Source of the DNA: a virus
Lineage: Duplodnaviria > Caudoviricetes
DNA length: 64,000 bases
Virus record (IMG/VR): IMGVR_UViG_3300014205_000227
Location: 2,213-66,212 of that record
Strand: one strand, 5' to 3'
The position numbers were made by a program, and so were the translations under genes. The notes under the pieces were generated by a model that searched no databases, was not told the DNA's origin, and saw only the letters and a list, made by a program, of their open reading frames with translations. Of the stretch, positions 1-8,298 are shown piece after piece (the first letter of the stretch is position 1; each line of letters begins with the position of its first letter).

Positions 1-267
1 CTATCGAGCCTTGCGCCTAGCTCTGATCCGCTGATCAGAACGACGTTCTTCTTTCTGAACTCTGCACTCTGGGGAATCGTTTCGATTTACGACTATCGAG
101 CGAGCAAGATCGCCCTTCGAGCGATGGTCGACAAAGAGTTCGCCACTATGCCAGTTGCTCGGCGCGTGAAGTGGTTCGCGATCTATTCGATCACTACGAA
201 GTTCTTCGGACTTGCTACCTTTGCTTGGTTGATCGCACTCGCTCTTTTGCGAATATTCGGAAGTTAA
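1..267 (+). CDS. 3' part of a hypothetical membrane protein (truncated by window edge, not in ORF track)
   Basis: Frame +1 open from base 1 to TAA 265-267; two hydrophobic stretches (TTFFFLNSALWGIVSIY; FFGLATFAWLIALALLRIF). Confidence 0.5.
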   Translation, partial: LSSLAPSSDPLIRTTFFFLNSALWGIVSIYDYRASKIALRAMVDKEFATMPVARRVKWFAIYSITTKFFGLATFAWLIALALLRIFGS

Positions 268-270
268 ACT

Positions 271-292
271 TCGGTTACAATGAGCCTGATGG
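271..292 (+). promoter_or_regulatory. Candidate late promoter (TACAAT -10 box in TCGGTTACAATGAGCCTGATGG) followed by a stem-loop
   Basis: Near-identical 22-mer at 3268-3289; core TACAATAAGCC also at 59107-59117. Confidence 0.5.
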
Positions 293-319
293 CATGCAGG
301 GCAAGCCGTCAGGTAACCG

Positions 320-1141
320 ATGAAAGAATTTCGACAACGATTCCACAATCCTTTTCTTGTCATGACTGAGGGCGGCGCTGGCGGTAGTGGCGATGCTGAG
401 AAAGACAATATGCTCAATTCGTACCGCAAAGCTCTCACGCGAGCCAACGAAGATGCAGGCAAACTAGCCCAAGACCTCTTCGCTGAGAACTACCAACTTC
501 GAGAGCAGAAGCGGATTCTCAAGTCTGAGGTCGACACTCTCAAAGGCAGTCAAGCAGAAGGTTCGATCACTCTTACCAAAGAGCAAGCCGCCGACTGGAC
601 CGCTTACCTCGCTCTGGGCAAGCCCAAAGAGATCACTACCAAGCTTGAGAACATGACCGCTCTCGAAGCTAAGCAGAAAGAGACAGAGAAGCGCGATCAG
701 ATCAAAGAAGCGGCTGGGTTCGCTAAGCTCAATGCCGACGTTCTGTTCGATCTCGCTGTTCTTCGAGGGTTCGAGCTTCGAGTCGATAAGGTCAAGACCA
801 AAGACGGCGCAGGTAAGGAAATCGAAGTCGCAGAAGTTGTCGTTCTCAACGCCGACAAAACGACAACGCCGATCGCTGAGTATGTCGACAAGAATCTCGC
901 GAGCTTCAAACCGGCATTGAGCGCGGTCGCTGGAACGAATCAGTCTGTCAACCACGCCGGCGGACATTCGGCAGATTCTAACCCAGGTGTTTGGATCCAA
1001 AACAACGCTGGCGGCGCGTCTGCTACCCAAGGTCAAAACAGCGGCGGACCGCTCGCTGATGAGTTCTTGAAGAAGAGAAACGACGAACGCGAGAAGGCAC
1101 CAAACCCCCTCGCGCCTAAGACTACATCGGCACCCGCTTAA
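320..1141 (+). CDS. Capsid scaffolding protein
   Basis: 273 aa, charged helical/coiled-coil protein with low-complexity C-terminus, upstream of decoration and capsid genes. Confidence 0.7.
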   Translation: MKEFRQRFHNPFLVMTEGGAGGSGDAEKDNMLNSYRKALTRANEDAGKLAQDLFAENYQLREQKRILKSEVDTLKGSQAEGSITLTKEQAADWTAYLALGKPKEITTKLENMTALEAKQKETEKRDQIKEAAGFAKLNADVLFDLAVLRGFELRVDKVKTKDGAGKEIEVAEVVVLNADKTTTPIAEYVDKNLASFKPALSAVAGTNQSVNHAGGHSADSNPGVWIQNNAGGASATQGQNSGGPLADEFLKKRNDEREKAPNPLAPKTTSAPA

Positions 1142-1204
1142 AAATGGGTGCATAATTAGCACAGCCGGGGCAGGGCTTCTAGGCTAAACGCTATAGGAGA
1201 AACA

Positions 1205-2128
1205 ATGCGAACAAACTTTTTTCCAACTCGCCAAGCGTTCGTCGTCGACCCTCAGTCGATTACTCGCTTGCAGGGTCGCCAAGTAGACTGGCCTTCCGTT
1301 CCGGAGCGGTTCAGAAGTACGGCTGTTAAGGTTGCTTTGACAGCACAGGCTAACGCCGCCGCTACTTCGCTCACTGTAACCGCTTTGCTTGCGGCGATTC
1401 CGAAAGGGTCTTTGATCGACTTCGGAACGACTAAGCTGGCGCGAGCCTCGGCTGATGTTGCTGTCGGTGCGACTGCGGTTCCAGTCGACGCGATTCCAAC
1501 CCAGATCAATAGCGGTGATGTCGGCTATTACGCTGGGAGTGGTCCGAAGATCATCCCGGCCGGAACCGTTGTCGCTGAACTTACCAGTGGCAAAGTCATC
1601 CCTCGCGCGGATATTCCAACCGTTCGAGCAGATGCTACGGTCGGAACGACTGTCGGCAATGGCGACGGCGTGATGACTCTCGCTTCGCCAAAGACTGGAC
1701 CAAACGTTCAGGGTGGCATTTACACAGTGCGAATCACTAAGGTTGTCTCGAACCTTGGCGACTTCATTGTTGTGCGACCTGACGGCACAGTCGACGGTTA
1801 TGGAACGGTCGGAACTGCCTACGTGGGCGATATTCGCTTCACCATCGCAGACGGCTCGACCGACTTCGCTCTCAATACCTACATTCCTGTGACAGTGACT
1901 CTCACTCACAAGACGATCGGCATTGGCGAAACGGAAATGACCGAGGGCATGCCCAGTGACGCGAAGTCAGGGTATGGAATCATCATCGGCGGCGCACTCT
2001 GGGAGAACCTTCTGCCAGACGCGACCGGATCGCCCAAGGTTTTGCCATCTGCTTACAAAACAGAACTGCAAACCGCTGGCGTGGGGACTGGCTTCGCCTT
2101 CGACCAATACGGAGATAACAGAAGCTAA
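1205..2128 (+). CDS. Head decoration protein (gpD-like) with inserted beta-rich domains
   Basis: AGGAG RBS; between scaffold and MCP; KIIPAGTVVAELTSGKVIP and GYGIIIGGALWENLLP segments typical of decoration proteins. Confidence 0.6.
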   Translation: MRTNFFPTRQAFVVDPQSITRLQGRQVDWPSVPERFRSTAVKVALTAQANAAATSLTVTALLAAIPKGSLIDFGTTKLARASADVAVGATAVPVDAIPTQINSGDVGYYAGSGPKIIPAGTVVAELTSGKVIPRADIPTVRADATVGTTVGNGDGVMTLASPKTGPNVQGGIYTVRITKVVSNLGDFIVVRPDGTVDGYGTVGTAYVGDIRFTIADGSTDFALNTYIPVTVTLTHKTIGIGETEMTEGMPSDAKSGYGIIIGGALWENLLPDATGSPKVLPSAYKTELQTAGVGTGFAFDQYGDNRS

Positions 2129-2163
2129 GAGCAGGCAGGGACTGTTCCTAAAGAGAGAAAAAA

Positions 2164-3258
2164 ATGATCATCAACCTAGCCGCAATCCTTGCTACTCTTG
2201 ATCCGAACACTGGTTTCCGTCTCGCGAATCAGGCACGAGTTCCAGCGAATTATCTCTGGAATCTCTTCTTGCCCGAGATTCCCCGAGGCGATTACCAGGC
2301 CAAGAGCGGCACAATGACTGTTCGAACGACCATGGCTGGAATGGTCGGTATGGACTCACCCTACCCAGAGGGCGGGTTCGTCGAGCTATCGACATTCAGC
2401 GAAGAGACGACCAAGATCGCAAACCGCGTTCGGTTGTCTGAAAAAGCTCAGCGCGACTTACAGCAATTCCTAAGCGAGATCGCTCTCGCTAGTGGCGATG
2501 TGAGTCGAGCCGCAACTCTCGAGGCTTTGAACTTCTACGATAAGCTAGTCGTTCAAGCTCACCTTGATACGTTCGAGTACCTTCGCTCGCGAGCCATCCA
2601 GGGAACAATCGACTGGACCTTCAATAAGAAGCGTCTCTTGGTCGATTACGGCATTCCGACAGCGAACAAAGGACCCCAGAGAACAGGTAACGATCACTAC
2701 GGTGGCTCGGCTTCCAAGTTCTGGACCGACATTAGCTTCCTTCGCAAGCGTTTGAAGTACAACGTTCGCGCCTTGGTTGCTCACGATGACACTATCGATC
2801 TAGCTCGGAACAATCCGGTGAACTCGATGGCTGTTATCTCTGAGGACAATGGCTCGATCACCTTCAAGAAAGTCAACACTTACGGCGACTGGACGAAGGA
2901 CGCCTCAGATACCGTCACTCTCATCAAGTACGGTATGGAAGGTGAAATCTACGACGAAGTAAATCCTGGCTTGCTCAAGCAGATCAAGATGATGCCAACC
3001 GGCGTTATCACTGGTCTGGGCAACAACTCAGGTACACGGTTCGTCGTAGGCGCTGGCTCGACTCCCCCTCCTGAGAACGCTCTCGGATACACCCATATCG
3101 GACCAACTGTCGAAGGCGGCGGTGCTCGCGGTCGATGGGGCGATGTTCGAGTTCCAGAAGGCGAGCCTTGGGCATTCGAAGGTCGGGGCGTCACAAACGG
3201 TCTGCCCGTTATCGAAGCTCCCGACAAGATCGCTCACGTCTATACCGACATGAGCTAG
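2164..3258 (+). CDS. Major capsid protein (Phage_cap_E-like, HK97 fold)
   Basis: 364 aa; position; AHLDTFEYLRSRAIQGTIDW...LLVDYGIP resembles the lambda gpE family; followed by a terminator. Confidence 0.85.
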   Translation: MIINLAAILATLDPNTGFRLANQARVPANYLWNLFLPEIPRGDYQAKSGTMTVRTTMAGMVGMDSPYPEGGFVELSTFSEETTKIANRVRLSEKAQRDLQQFLSEIALASGDVSRAATLEALNFYDKLVVQAHLDTFEYLRSRAIQGTIDWTFNKKRLLVDYGIPTANKGPQRTGNDHYGGSASKFWTDISFLRKRLKYNVRALVAHDDTIDLARNNPVNSMAVISEDNGSITFKKVNTYGDWTKDASDTVTLIKYGMEGEIYDEVNPGLLKQIKMMPTGVITGLGNNSGTRFVVGAGSTPPPENALGYTHIGPTVEGGGARGRWGDVRVPEGEPWAFEGRGVTNGLPVIEAPDKIAHVYTDMS

Positions 3259-3278
3259 GCTTCGTTCTCGGTTACAAT

Positions 3279-3310
3279 AAGCCCGATGGTCAATCGCCAT
3301 CGGGCTTTTT
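3279..3310 (+). terminator. Rho-independent terminator after the capsid gene
   Basis: AAGCCCGATGG-tcaatcg-CCATCGGGCTT followed by TTT. Confidence 0.75.
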
Positions 3311-3326
3311 AGCTTTAGGAGAACAT

Positions 3327-3749
3327 ATGAAGAAGTTTTGGGTAAAGGTAGCCGCAGGTCAATCCGTAGTCGCTGGCTCACGATCTTTCGGAAGCGGTGA
3401 GTATTCGATTCCGGCTGAGTACGTGAACGACTTCAAGGCATGCGGTCATCAAGTCGTCGAAGCCGAAGAGAATCCTTTCTCGACCGCTCAATCAACGCCG
3501 GCGCCGGTCGCTGTCGAAGCTCCAGTTATCACCACGACGGTTCTCGGTCCAGAAGGTGAGAAGCCTTTCGAGATTCCGGCCAACCTAGTCGGCGACTTGC
3601 CTCAGCTTCTGCCAGGTCGAGAAGCTTTGGTCGAGCAAGGTAATGAAACTTGGGATGATCTGCGCGACTATCGAGACGTCATGAAGTACGTTCCAGAGTC
3701 CGATCATCAGTCGTTCAAGGCATTCGTTACTCAGCTTTCGACGATCTAA
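3327..3749 (+). CDS. Hypothetical virion/head-associated protein
   Basis: AGGAGAACAT-ATG at 3327 (the track start at 3135 overlaps MCP and is unlikely). Confidence 0.6.
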   Translation: MKKFWVKVAAGQSVVAGSRSFGSGEYSIPAEYVNDFKACGHQVVEAEENPFSTAQSTPAPVAVEAPVITTTVLGPEGEKPFEIPANLVGDLPQLLPGREALVEQGNETWDDLRDYRDVMKYVPESDHQSFKAFVTQLSTI

Positions 3750-3758
3750 GGAAAAACA

Positions 3759-4145
3759 GTGACAAGCGAACCGGTAAGTGATTTTCACCCAGACCTTGAT
3801 AGACCGCTCGATCATGTGAGACTGATCATCGGTGATATTGGCAAGGGAGACAACCCCAAGAAGTTCTTGAGGGCTAACCAAACCATAATCGCGCTTCTAG
3901 CGGCCCCTATCTCGTTTAACGGGGTTCTCGTAACCTTGCTTACCGGTCTCATTGGCGAGTTCGCTATCGAGGCGACACGGCTCGACCAAGAGAACGGATT
4001 AAACGTCGAGTGGAAAGATCGCTTGGCGTCTTGGGAAACTCTTCTAAGCAGTGCGAAGAAGGGCGAGATCCCAGACCCAACAGGGAAAACGATCAAAGCT
4101 ACCGAGTTCGCTTCTCAACAGACCTTTGGAGACCCAGTTTTTTGA
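3759..4145 (+). CDS. Head-tail connector/adaptor protein
   Basis: GTG start after AAGGA; 128 aa; LDHVRLIIGD motif; position. Confidence 0.6.
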   Translation: MTSEPVSDFHPDLDRPLDHVRLIIGDIGKGDNPKKFLRANQTIIALLAAPISFNGVLVTLLTGLIGEFAIEATRLDQENGLNVEWKDRLASWETLLSSAKKGEIPDPTGKTIKATEFASQQTFGDPVF

Positions 4146-4159
4146 GAGTCCATCCCGTC

Positions 4160-4504
4160 ATGCTTGCGGCGACACGCGCCCAAGAGATCGAACTGATGAC
4201 AGAAGATGTCGTCTTGCATCGCAGGGTCGGCGCAACGGTTCAAGATCAGCACGGGAACTTTGAGAACACGTCTCCAAAGTTCGTCAAGACCAAAGGTTAT
4301 CGAACATTTATCAAGGGCACTGAGCAAACGTCGGAAGGTCGCTCAACGGCTCGACACTACGAACTCTTGGTTCTGCCTTGGAACGTCGACCTTCGCGAAG
4401 TCGACAAAGTTCAAGTAGGAACCCAGATGTGGGAAGTCGATTCTGTTGGCGACAATTCCTCCGATGCTATCAGTCGAGCAATCACCATCTACCAAACAAG
4501 ATGA
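4160..4504 (+). CDS. Head-closure (stopper) protein
   Basis: beta-rich C-terminus (VDLREVDKVQVGTQMWEVDSV) and position; ATG 4160 preferred to track start. Confidence 0.6.
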   Translation: MLAATRAQEIELMTEDVVLHRRVGATVQDQHGNFENTSPKFVKTKGYRTFIKGTEQTSEGRSTARHYELLVLPWNVDLREVDKVQVGTQMWEVDSVGDNSSDAISRAITIYQTR

Positions 4505-4998
4505 TCGACCTCAAAGTGCGGGTCGACAAAGATTGGCCTAAGCGATACGAGAAACAGCTAATGCGCCGCATCCCGCCGATCATTCGAGCAGGGGCTCAAA
4601 TGGTTCGAGACGAAGCGCGTCGGCTCGCTCCCGTTAAGACCGGTGCTCTCAAAGCATCGATATACGCGATCTGGGGCGGTGCTCAAGGTGGGCTCGGCTA
4701 CGAGAGAGCTTCACTCGCGGCGGCTAAACGCGCGGCGTTTGGTGGATACAAGTATCTGCATATCGGCCCGCCGCCAGTACCTCAAAACGCTTTCGAAGCT
4801 TACGTGGTCGCTGGCGTTCACTATGCAGTTTTTCAAGAGATGGGCTTCCGAACTCGAGGAGGCGGTTTCGTCGCTGGCAAGTATTTTATGAGCAGGGCTT
4901 ATATCAACTGCCTACCGATCATCCGCCGAATGATCCAGAATGCGATCAGAGAAGCCGAACGAACGGCTCGAAAGCCTGGAGGTCTGATCTTTGCCTGA
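4501..4998 (+). CDS. HK97 gp10-like tail completion/neck protein
   Basis: ARRLAPVKTGALKASI, YAVFQEMG and GKYFMSRA motifs; ATGA overlap with previous gene. Confidence 0.8.
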   Translation: MIDLKVRVDKDWPKRYEKQLMRRIPPIIRAGAQMVRDEARRLAPVKTGALKASIYAIWGGAQGGLGYERASLAAAKRAAFGGYKYLHIGPPPVPQNAFEAYVVAGVHYAVFQEMGFRTRGGGFVAGKYFMSRAYINCLPIIRRMIQNAIREAERTARKPGGLIFA

Positions 4999-5431
4999 AC
5001 CTGAACTGATTACCGAAGAAGAAGCGGCGATGCGTTGGGTTTATGACAAGATCAAACCGTTTCTCGACACGAAGAGCATCAGGGCTTTTCCTTCTGGAAT
5101 TCCCCAAGGCGAAGCTCTTCCCGCCGCCTACTACACGCCAGTGACTAGCCAAGATGTCACTCAGGGAGATCAATCGATCGGCGGTACGTGGGTATTCATT
5201 GACGTGATGGTCCAAGCCGAAGGGCTAAACTATCTCGACTCGGTTGCTTATGGCATGAACGATGTTCTGCATAAATCGAAAGGTTCGATAAATGGGCAAT
5301 ACGAGATAAACTGTTTTCGAGGGAGTCCAAGGCGATACCCTCACGCTATGGAAGGTCAACAGTTCAGGGATTCTGGAGGCCGGTATCGAGTGCTCGTAAG
5401 ACCGCTAGACGAGACGAACGGAGAAAACTAA
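4991..5431 (+). CDS. Tail terminator protein
   Basis: 146 aa; PQGEALPAAYY motif; between gp10-like and tail tube genes. Confidence 0.6.
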   Translation: MPEPELITEEEAAMRWVYDKIKPFLDTKSIRAFPSGIPQGEALPAAYYTPVTSQDVTQGDQSIGGTWVFIDVMVQAEGLNYLDSVAYGMNDVLHKSKGSINGQYEINCFRGSPRRYPHAMEGQQFRDSGGRYRVLVRPLDETNGEN

Positions 5432-5866
5432 ATGTCCTCAGCAATCAATTATCTGTACGATGTGACCCTAAGCATCCAGGGAACGACCGGTGGCGACGAT
5501 GGTCAAGAGACAGGCAGAACTCTTGCCGGTTCCCCGTTGACCTTCGAATGCGATTCGTTTGGCTGGAACCTTGGCCGGGATGCCGTCGAGCATGGTCAAG
5601 GTATGAAAGAGGTCGAGTTCTTGCGAACGCGCAAGGTCCGCCAGTCAGCCACTATCGAATGTAAGCTCGAAAAGCTCGAAGCAAACATTCTCTCGAAAGT
5701 GCTCGGATTGACTGGCGAAGTCGTTCGAGTCGTAGGCACAGCCGAAGGCGGGAGCATCGAGATTGAGTATGCACTCGTTACCTCAGTTGAGCCGACTTAC
5801 AACGCGCCGTCGACCTTGCGTATCCAGCTTGGTTCCTACGGTCAGAAGTGGACGGTAACAACCTAA
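5432..5866 (+). CDS. Major tail tube protein
   Basis: 144 aa beta-rich; between terminator and chaperone genes; no sheath gene seen. Confidence 0.6.
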   Translation: MSSAINYLYDVTLSIQGTTGGDDGQETGRTLAGSPLTFECDSFGWNLGRDAVEHGQGMKEVEFLRTRKVRQSATIECKLEKLEANILSKVLGLTGEVVRVVGTAEGGSIEIEYALVTSVEPTYNAPSTLRIQLGSYGQKWTVTT

Positions 5867-5867
5867 G

Positions 5868-6365
5868 ATGTCAAGCCTCAGAAGTCTCGCAGAACAGGAC
5901 GTTCCAGAAGTTACAAAAACTGTCGAATGGACAGACCCGAAAACAAAGAAGGTTCACCGGGCTTTTCTTCGTGGTCGACCTGACGCTACCAAGACAATGA
6001 GGGCTCTGATGGTTCAGCCTCAAATCTTGAAGAACAAAGCCGCTCACTACTCGAAAGTGACCGGCTCTGACTTCACTGAGGACATGGTTCGCCAGATCTT
6101 GATCATTCGCCAAGCTCTTGTCGACCGTGGCGAGACCGACGAAGAGCAAGCAGTCGAGCCAGATGATAACGCGCCAGTGATTCGATACGATGAAAGCGTT
6201 ATCGCCAACATCTGCGCGAAGTACCAGACGTTCTTCTTCATGATCGTGAAAGAGTCGAGCGAGCTTCTTGGCCTTACTGATCTTGTCGAATCGGGCACCC
6301 TGCTTGACGACCCAACGCTTAAAGCCGCAGTGGGAAACTCTACAGAAGGGGAGGCACCTACGTAA
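5868..6365 (+). CDS. Tail assembly chaperone (G-like)
   Basis: Precedes tape measure; carries a slippery heptamer near its 3' end. Confidence 0.75.
   Translation: MSSLRSLAEQDVPEVTKTVEWTDPKTKKVHRAFLRGRPDATKTMRALMVQPQILKNKAAHYSKVTGSDFTEDMVRQILIIRQALVDRGETDEEQAVEPDDNAPVIRYDESVIANICAKYQTFFFMIVKESSELLGLTDLVESGTLLDDPTLKAAVGNSTEGEAPT
6332..6338 (+). other. -1 programmed ribosomal frameshift site G GGA AAC (fusion product 5868-6538)
   Basis: In-frame X XXY YYZ heptamer; -1 frame open (GKLYRRGGTYVSLVLWTVR...PKSRR) to TGA 6536-6538, overlapping the tape measure ATG. Confidence 0.8.
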
Positions 6366-6534
6366 GCTTGGTGCTCTGGACCGTTCGAGCAACGGGCAAG
6401 CATCCCCAAGTTCTTCTTCGCGAAGGATGGCGGTACGACGAAATTGTTGAAGCGATGGCGGCTGGTGCTTTCGAAGAGATCGCCAAGTCCGAAGAAGCCG
6501 CTAAAAGTCGGCCACCACAACCCAAGAGCAGAAG

Positions 6535-7968
6535 ATGAATTTTCAAGAAGTAGTCGCGATCCAAGTCACTCTTCAAGGGATCATGGAGGTCTTAAACGGC
6601 CTCCAGAACTTGACTCGCGAAATGAACAATATCGAAGCCGCCGCGAACCGCATGACCAAAGCGGGCGCGGCGTTTATCGCTGTTGGGCTTGCGATGTCTG
6701 CGGTAGCTCTGAAAGCTTACGATTCATTCGTTCGCTTCCGTATGTCGATTGAAGCGATCTTGGGTCCGAACTTGGGTCTGAAATTCGCGAATCAGTTGCA
6801 AGCGTTCTCGGTTCCTTCTGCTTATGACCCTGTGACTCTTCGTAAGCTCGGCTTGCAACTCGCGGTCAATAATCCGACAGATCGAGCGATGCAGATCATC
6901 AAGTCGTCGACCGATCTCTCGGCGGTGGGTGGCGCGGATAATGACGCCTTTGGTCGAATCGCTTATGCTCTCGGGCAGATCAGCAACGCAGGCAAAGTTC
7001 AAGGCGACGACGTTCGACGTCAGATCATGGATGCTACCGGTGGTGGCTATCTTATCCAAGCAGTCTTGAAGCAACTCGGTCTCAGATCGCCAGATCAGCT
7101 TTATGGCATGAACTCTGAGAAGTTCTTCGACGCGATGATCAAGGCCGGTAATGCTCCAAACAATCTCGGCGCTCAGAATCGTTTGGCTCAGAACTCTCCG
7201 ATCGTCGCGATTGAGAACACTTTCCAAGCGTTCCAAAACTCCTTGATCAAGACTGGCGCGATCATCGCGGTTCTGATCTATTGGTTCAGCCAGATCGTTC
7301 AAGTAGCTATCGGTCTCTTCAATGCCCTCAACAATCTCACCGGAGGGTGGCTAGGAGTCGCGCTGATCGTCTGGAGCATCTATAGGGGCTTCGTATTGCT
7401 CTTACCGTTCTTGAGAGCCGTAGCGACGGGCCTAGGGGTCAAAACGGGGGCATTGGGAAGAGCGACAACGGCTCTCAACCTGTTTACGATAGCTTTGCAA
7501 CGCGCAAGTGGCGCGGCGGTGGTTGGAGGGGCAGGGAGTGGCATTGGTGGCGCGGCTGGTGGCGCGGCGGCTGGCGCACTCGGTCCGAGAATCCTCGGAT
7601 GGCTCAAAGACCTCTGGCTCACGATTCAGACGAAGTTCGTCATGGTGATTGCTTCTATAGCCGATCTTCTGCGAAACGTCTTTGTGGGGCTGATCGGAAA
7701 GATTCTCTTGGTAGCGAGCGTCTTTGCTCTTCTCTATTATCTGATCATCAAGTTGATCGAGCTTGTCGGCGGTGCTCCTGGAGGGAACCCCGACGAAGCG
7801 TTCGGTACTGGTAAGAATTGGAAGAAGCGATTCCACGATTGGTTGCCTGACTGGATGGTCGGACCTCCAGAGACCGCAAAAACGCCTCAAGCCGCAGATC
7901 GACCTCAGCGTCGTTCTTCATGGGAAAACGTCTATGGCCGGCGCATGGGCAACGTCATGAAGGGGTAA
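6535..7968 (+). CDS. Tape measure protein (short, 477 aa)
   Basis: Tape-measure domain (RIAYALGQISNAGKVQGDDVRRQ), hydrophobic Ala/Gly-rich C-half, follows frameshifted chaperone. Confidence 0.8.
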   Translation: MNFQEVVAIQVTLQGIMEVLNGLQNLTREMNNIEAAANRMTKAGAAFIAVGLAMSAVALKAYDSFVRFRMSIEAILGPNLGLKFANQLQAFSVPSAYDPVTLRKLGLQLAVNNPTDRAMQIIKSSTDLSAVGGADNDAFGRIAYALGQISNAGKVQGDDVRRQIMDATGGGYLIQAVLKQLGLRSPDQLYGMNSEKFFDAMIKAGNAPNNLGAQNRLAQNSPIVAIENTFQAFQNSLIKTGAIIAVLIYWFSQIVQVAIGLFNALNNLTGGWLGVALIVWSIYRGFVLLLPFLRAVATGLGVKTGALGRATTALNLFTIALQRASGAAVVGGAGSGIGGAAGGAAAGALGPRILGWLKDLWLTIQTKFVMVIASIADLLRNVFVGLIGKILLVASVFALLYYLIIKLIELVGGAPGGNPDEAFGTGKNWKKRFHDWLPDWMVGPPETAKTPQAADRPQRRSSWENVYGRRMGNVMKG

Positions 7969-7995
7969 GATCGCCCAACCTGTGATACAATGCTC

Positions 7996-8127
7996 ATGAG
8001 CTTACTGAGCATTTGCTTAGCCCCGAAGTCGGTACCTCGTCTAAGGGGCTTGAGGCTTATCTCATTCAGAACCGATCTGTCGTTCTACGGGATGGCAAAA
8101 TCTGAACTGATTGCGTCGGGATTCTAG
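7996..8127 (+). CDS. Possible 43-aa ORF (or structured ncRNA) downstream of TGaTACAAT
   Basis: ATG 7996 to TAG 8125-8127 open; no RBS; two hairpins in the same interval. Confidence 0.2.
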   Translation: MSLLSICLAPKSVPRLRGLRLISFRTDLSFYGMAKSELIASGF

Positions 8128-8283
8128 TCGTCAGGATATTGGAAAAGAACCCAGTCGAAAGAAGGCTCGACCCAGTAAGCTCTCGTTTGATAACGATGGC
8201 GAGCTTAGCTCTCAAATAACGAATCAAGCAGGGGCGGGAGTCAGGATTAGATACCTTGATGGAATCGCCCCATTTTCCCCAAG

Positions 8284-8298
8284 TGATAGAATCAGCGC
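8284..8298 (+). promoter_or_regulatory. Extended -10 promoter (TGaTAGAAT), 6 nt before ATG 8299; probable leaderless mRNA
   Basis: TAGAAT 8287-8292, spacer CAGCGC, no SD. Confidence 0.5.

Noticed and set aside
1-2000. Long antisense ORFs (1-462, 464-1162, 1184-1909) and similar shadows elsewhere (9244-9759, 11958-12641, 38840-39553, 42172-42894)
   Set aside because: They mirror well-supported genes, lack RBSs and family motifs, and are expected from the scarcity of TTA/CTA/TCA codons on the coding strand
3135-3326. 204-aa extended version of the gene after the capsid gene
   Set aside because: Overlaps the capsid gene and crosses a terminator; the RBS supports ATG 3327
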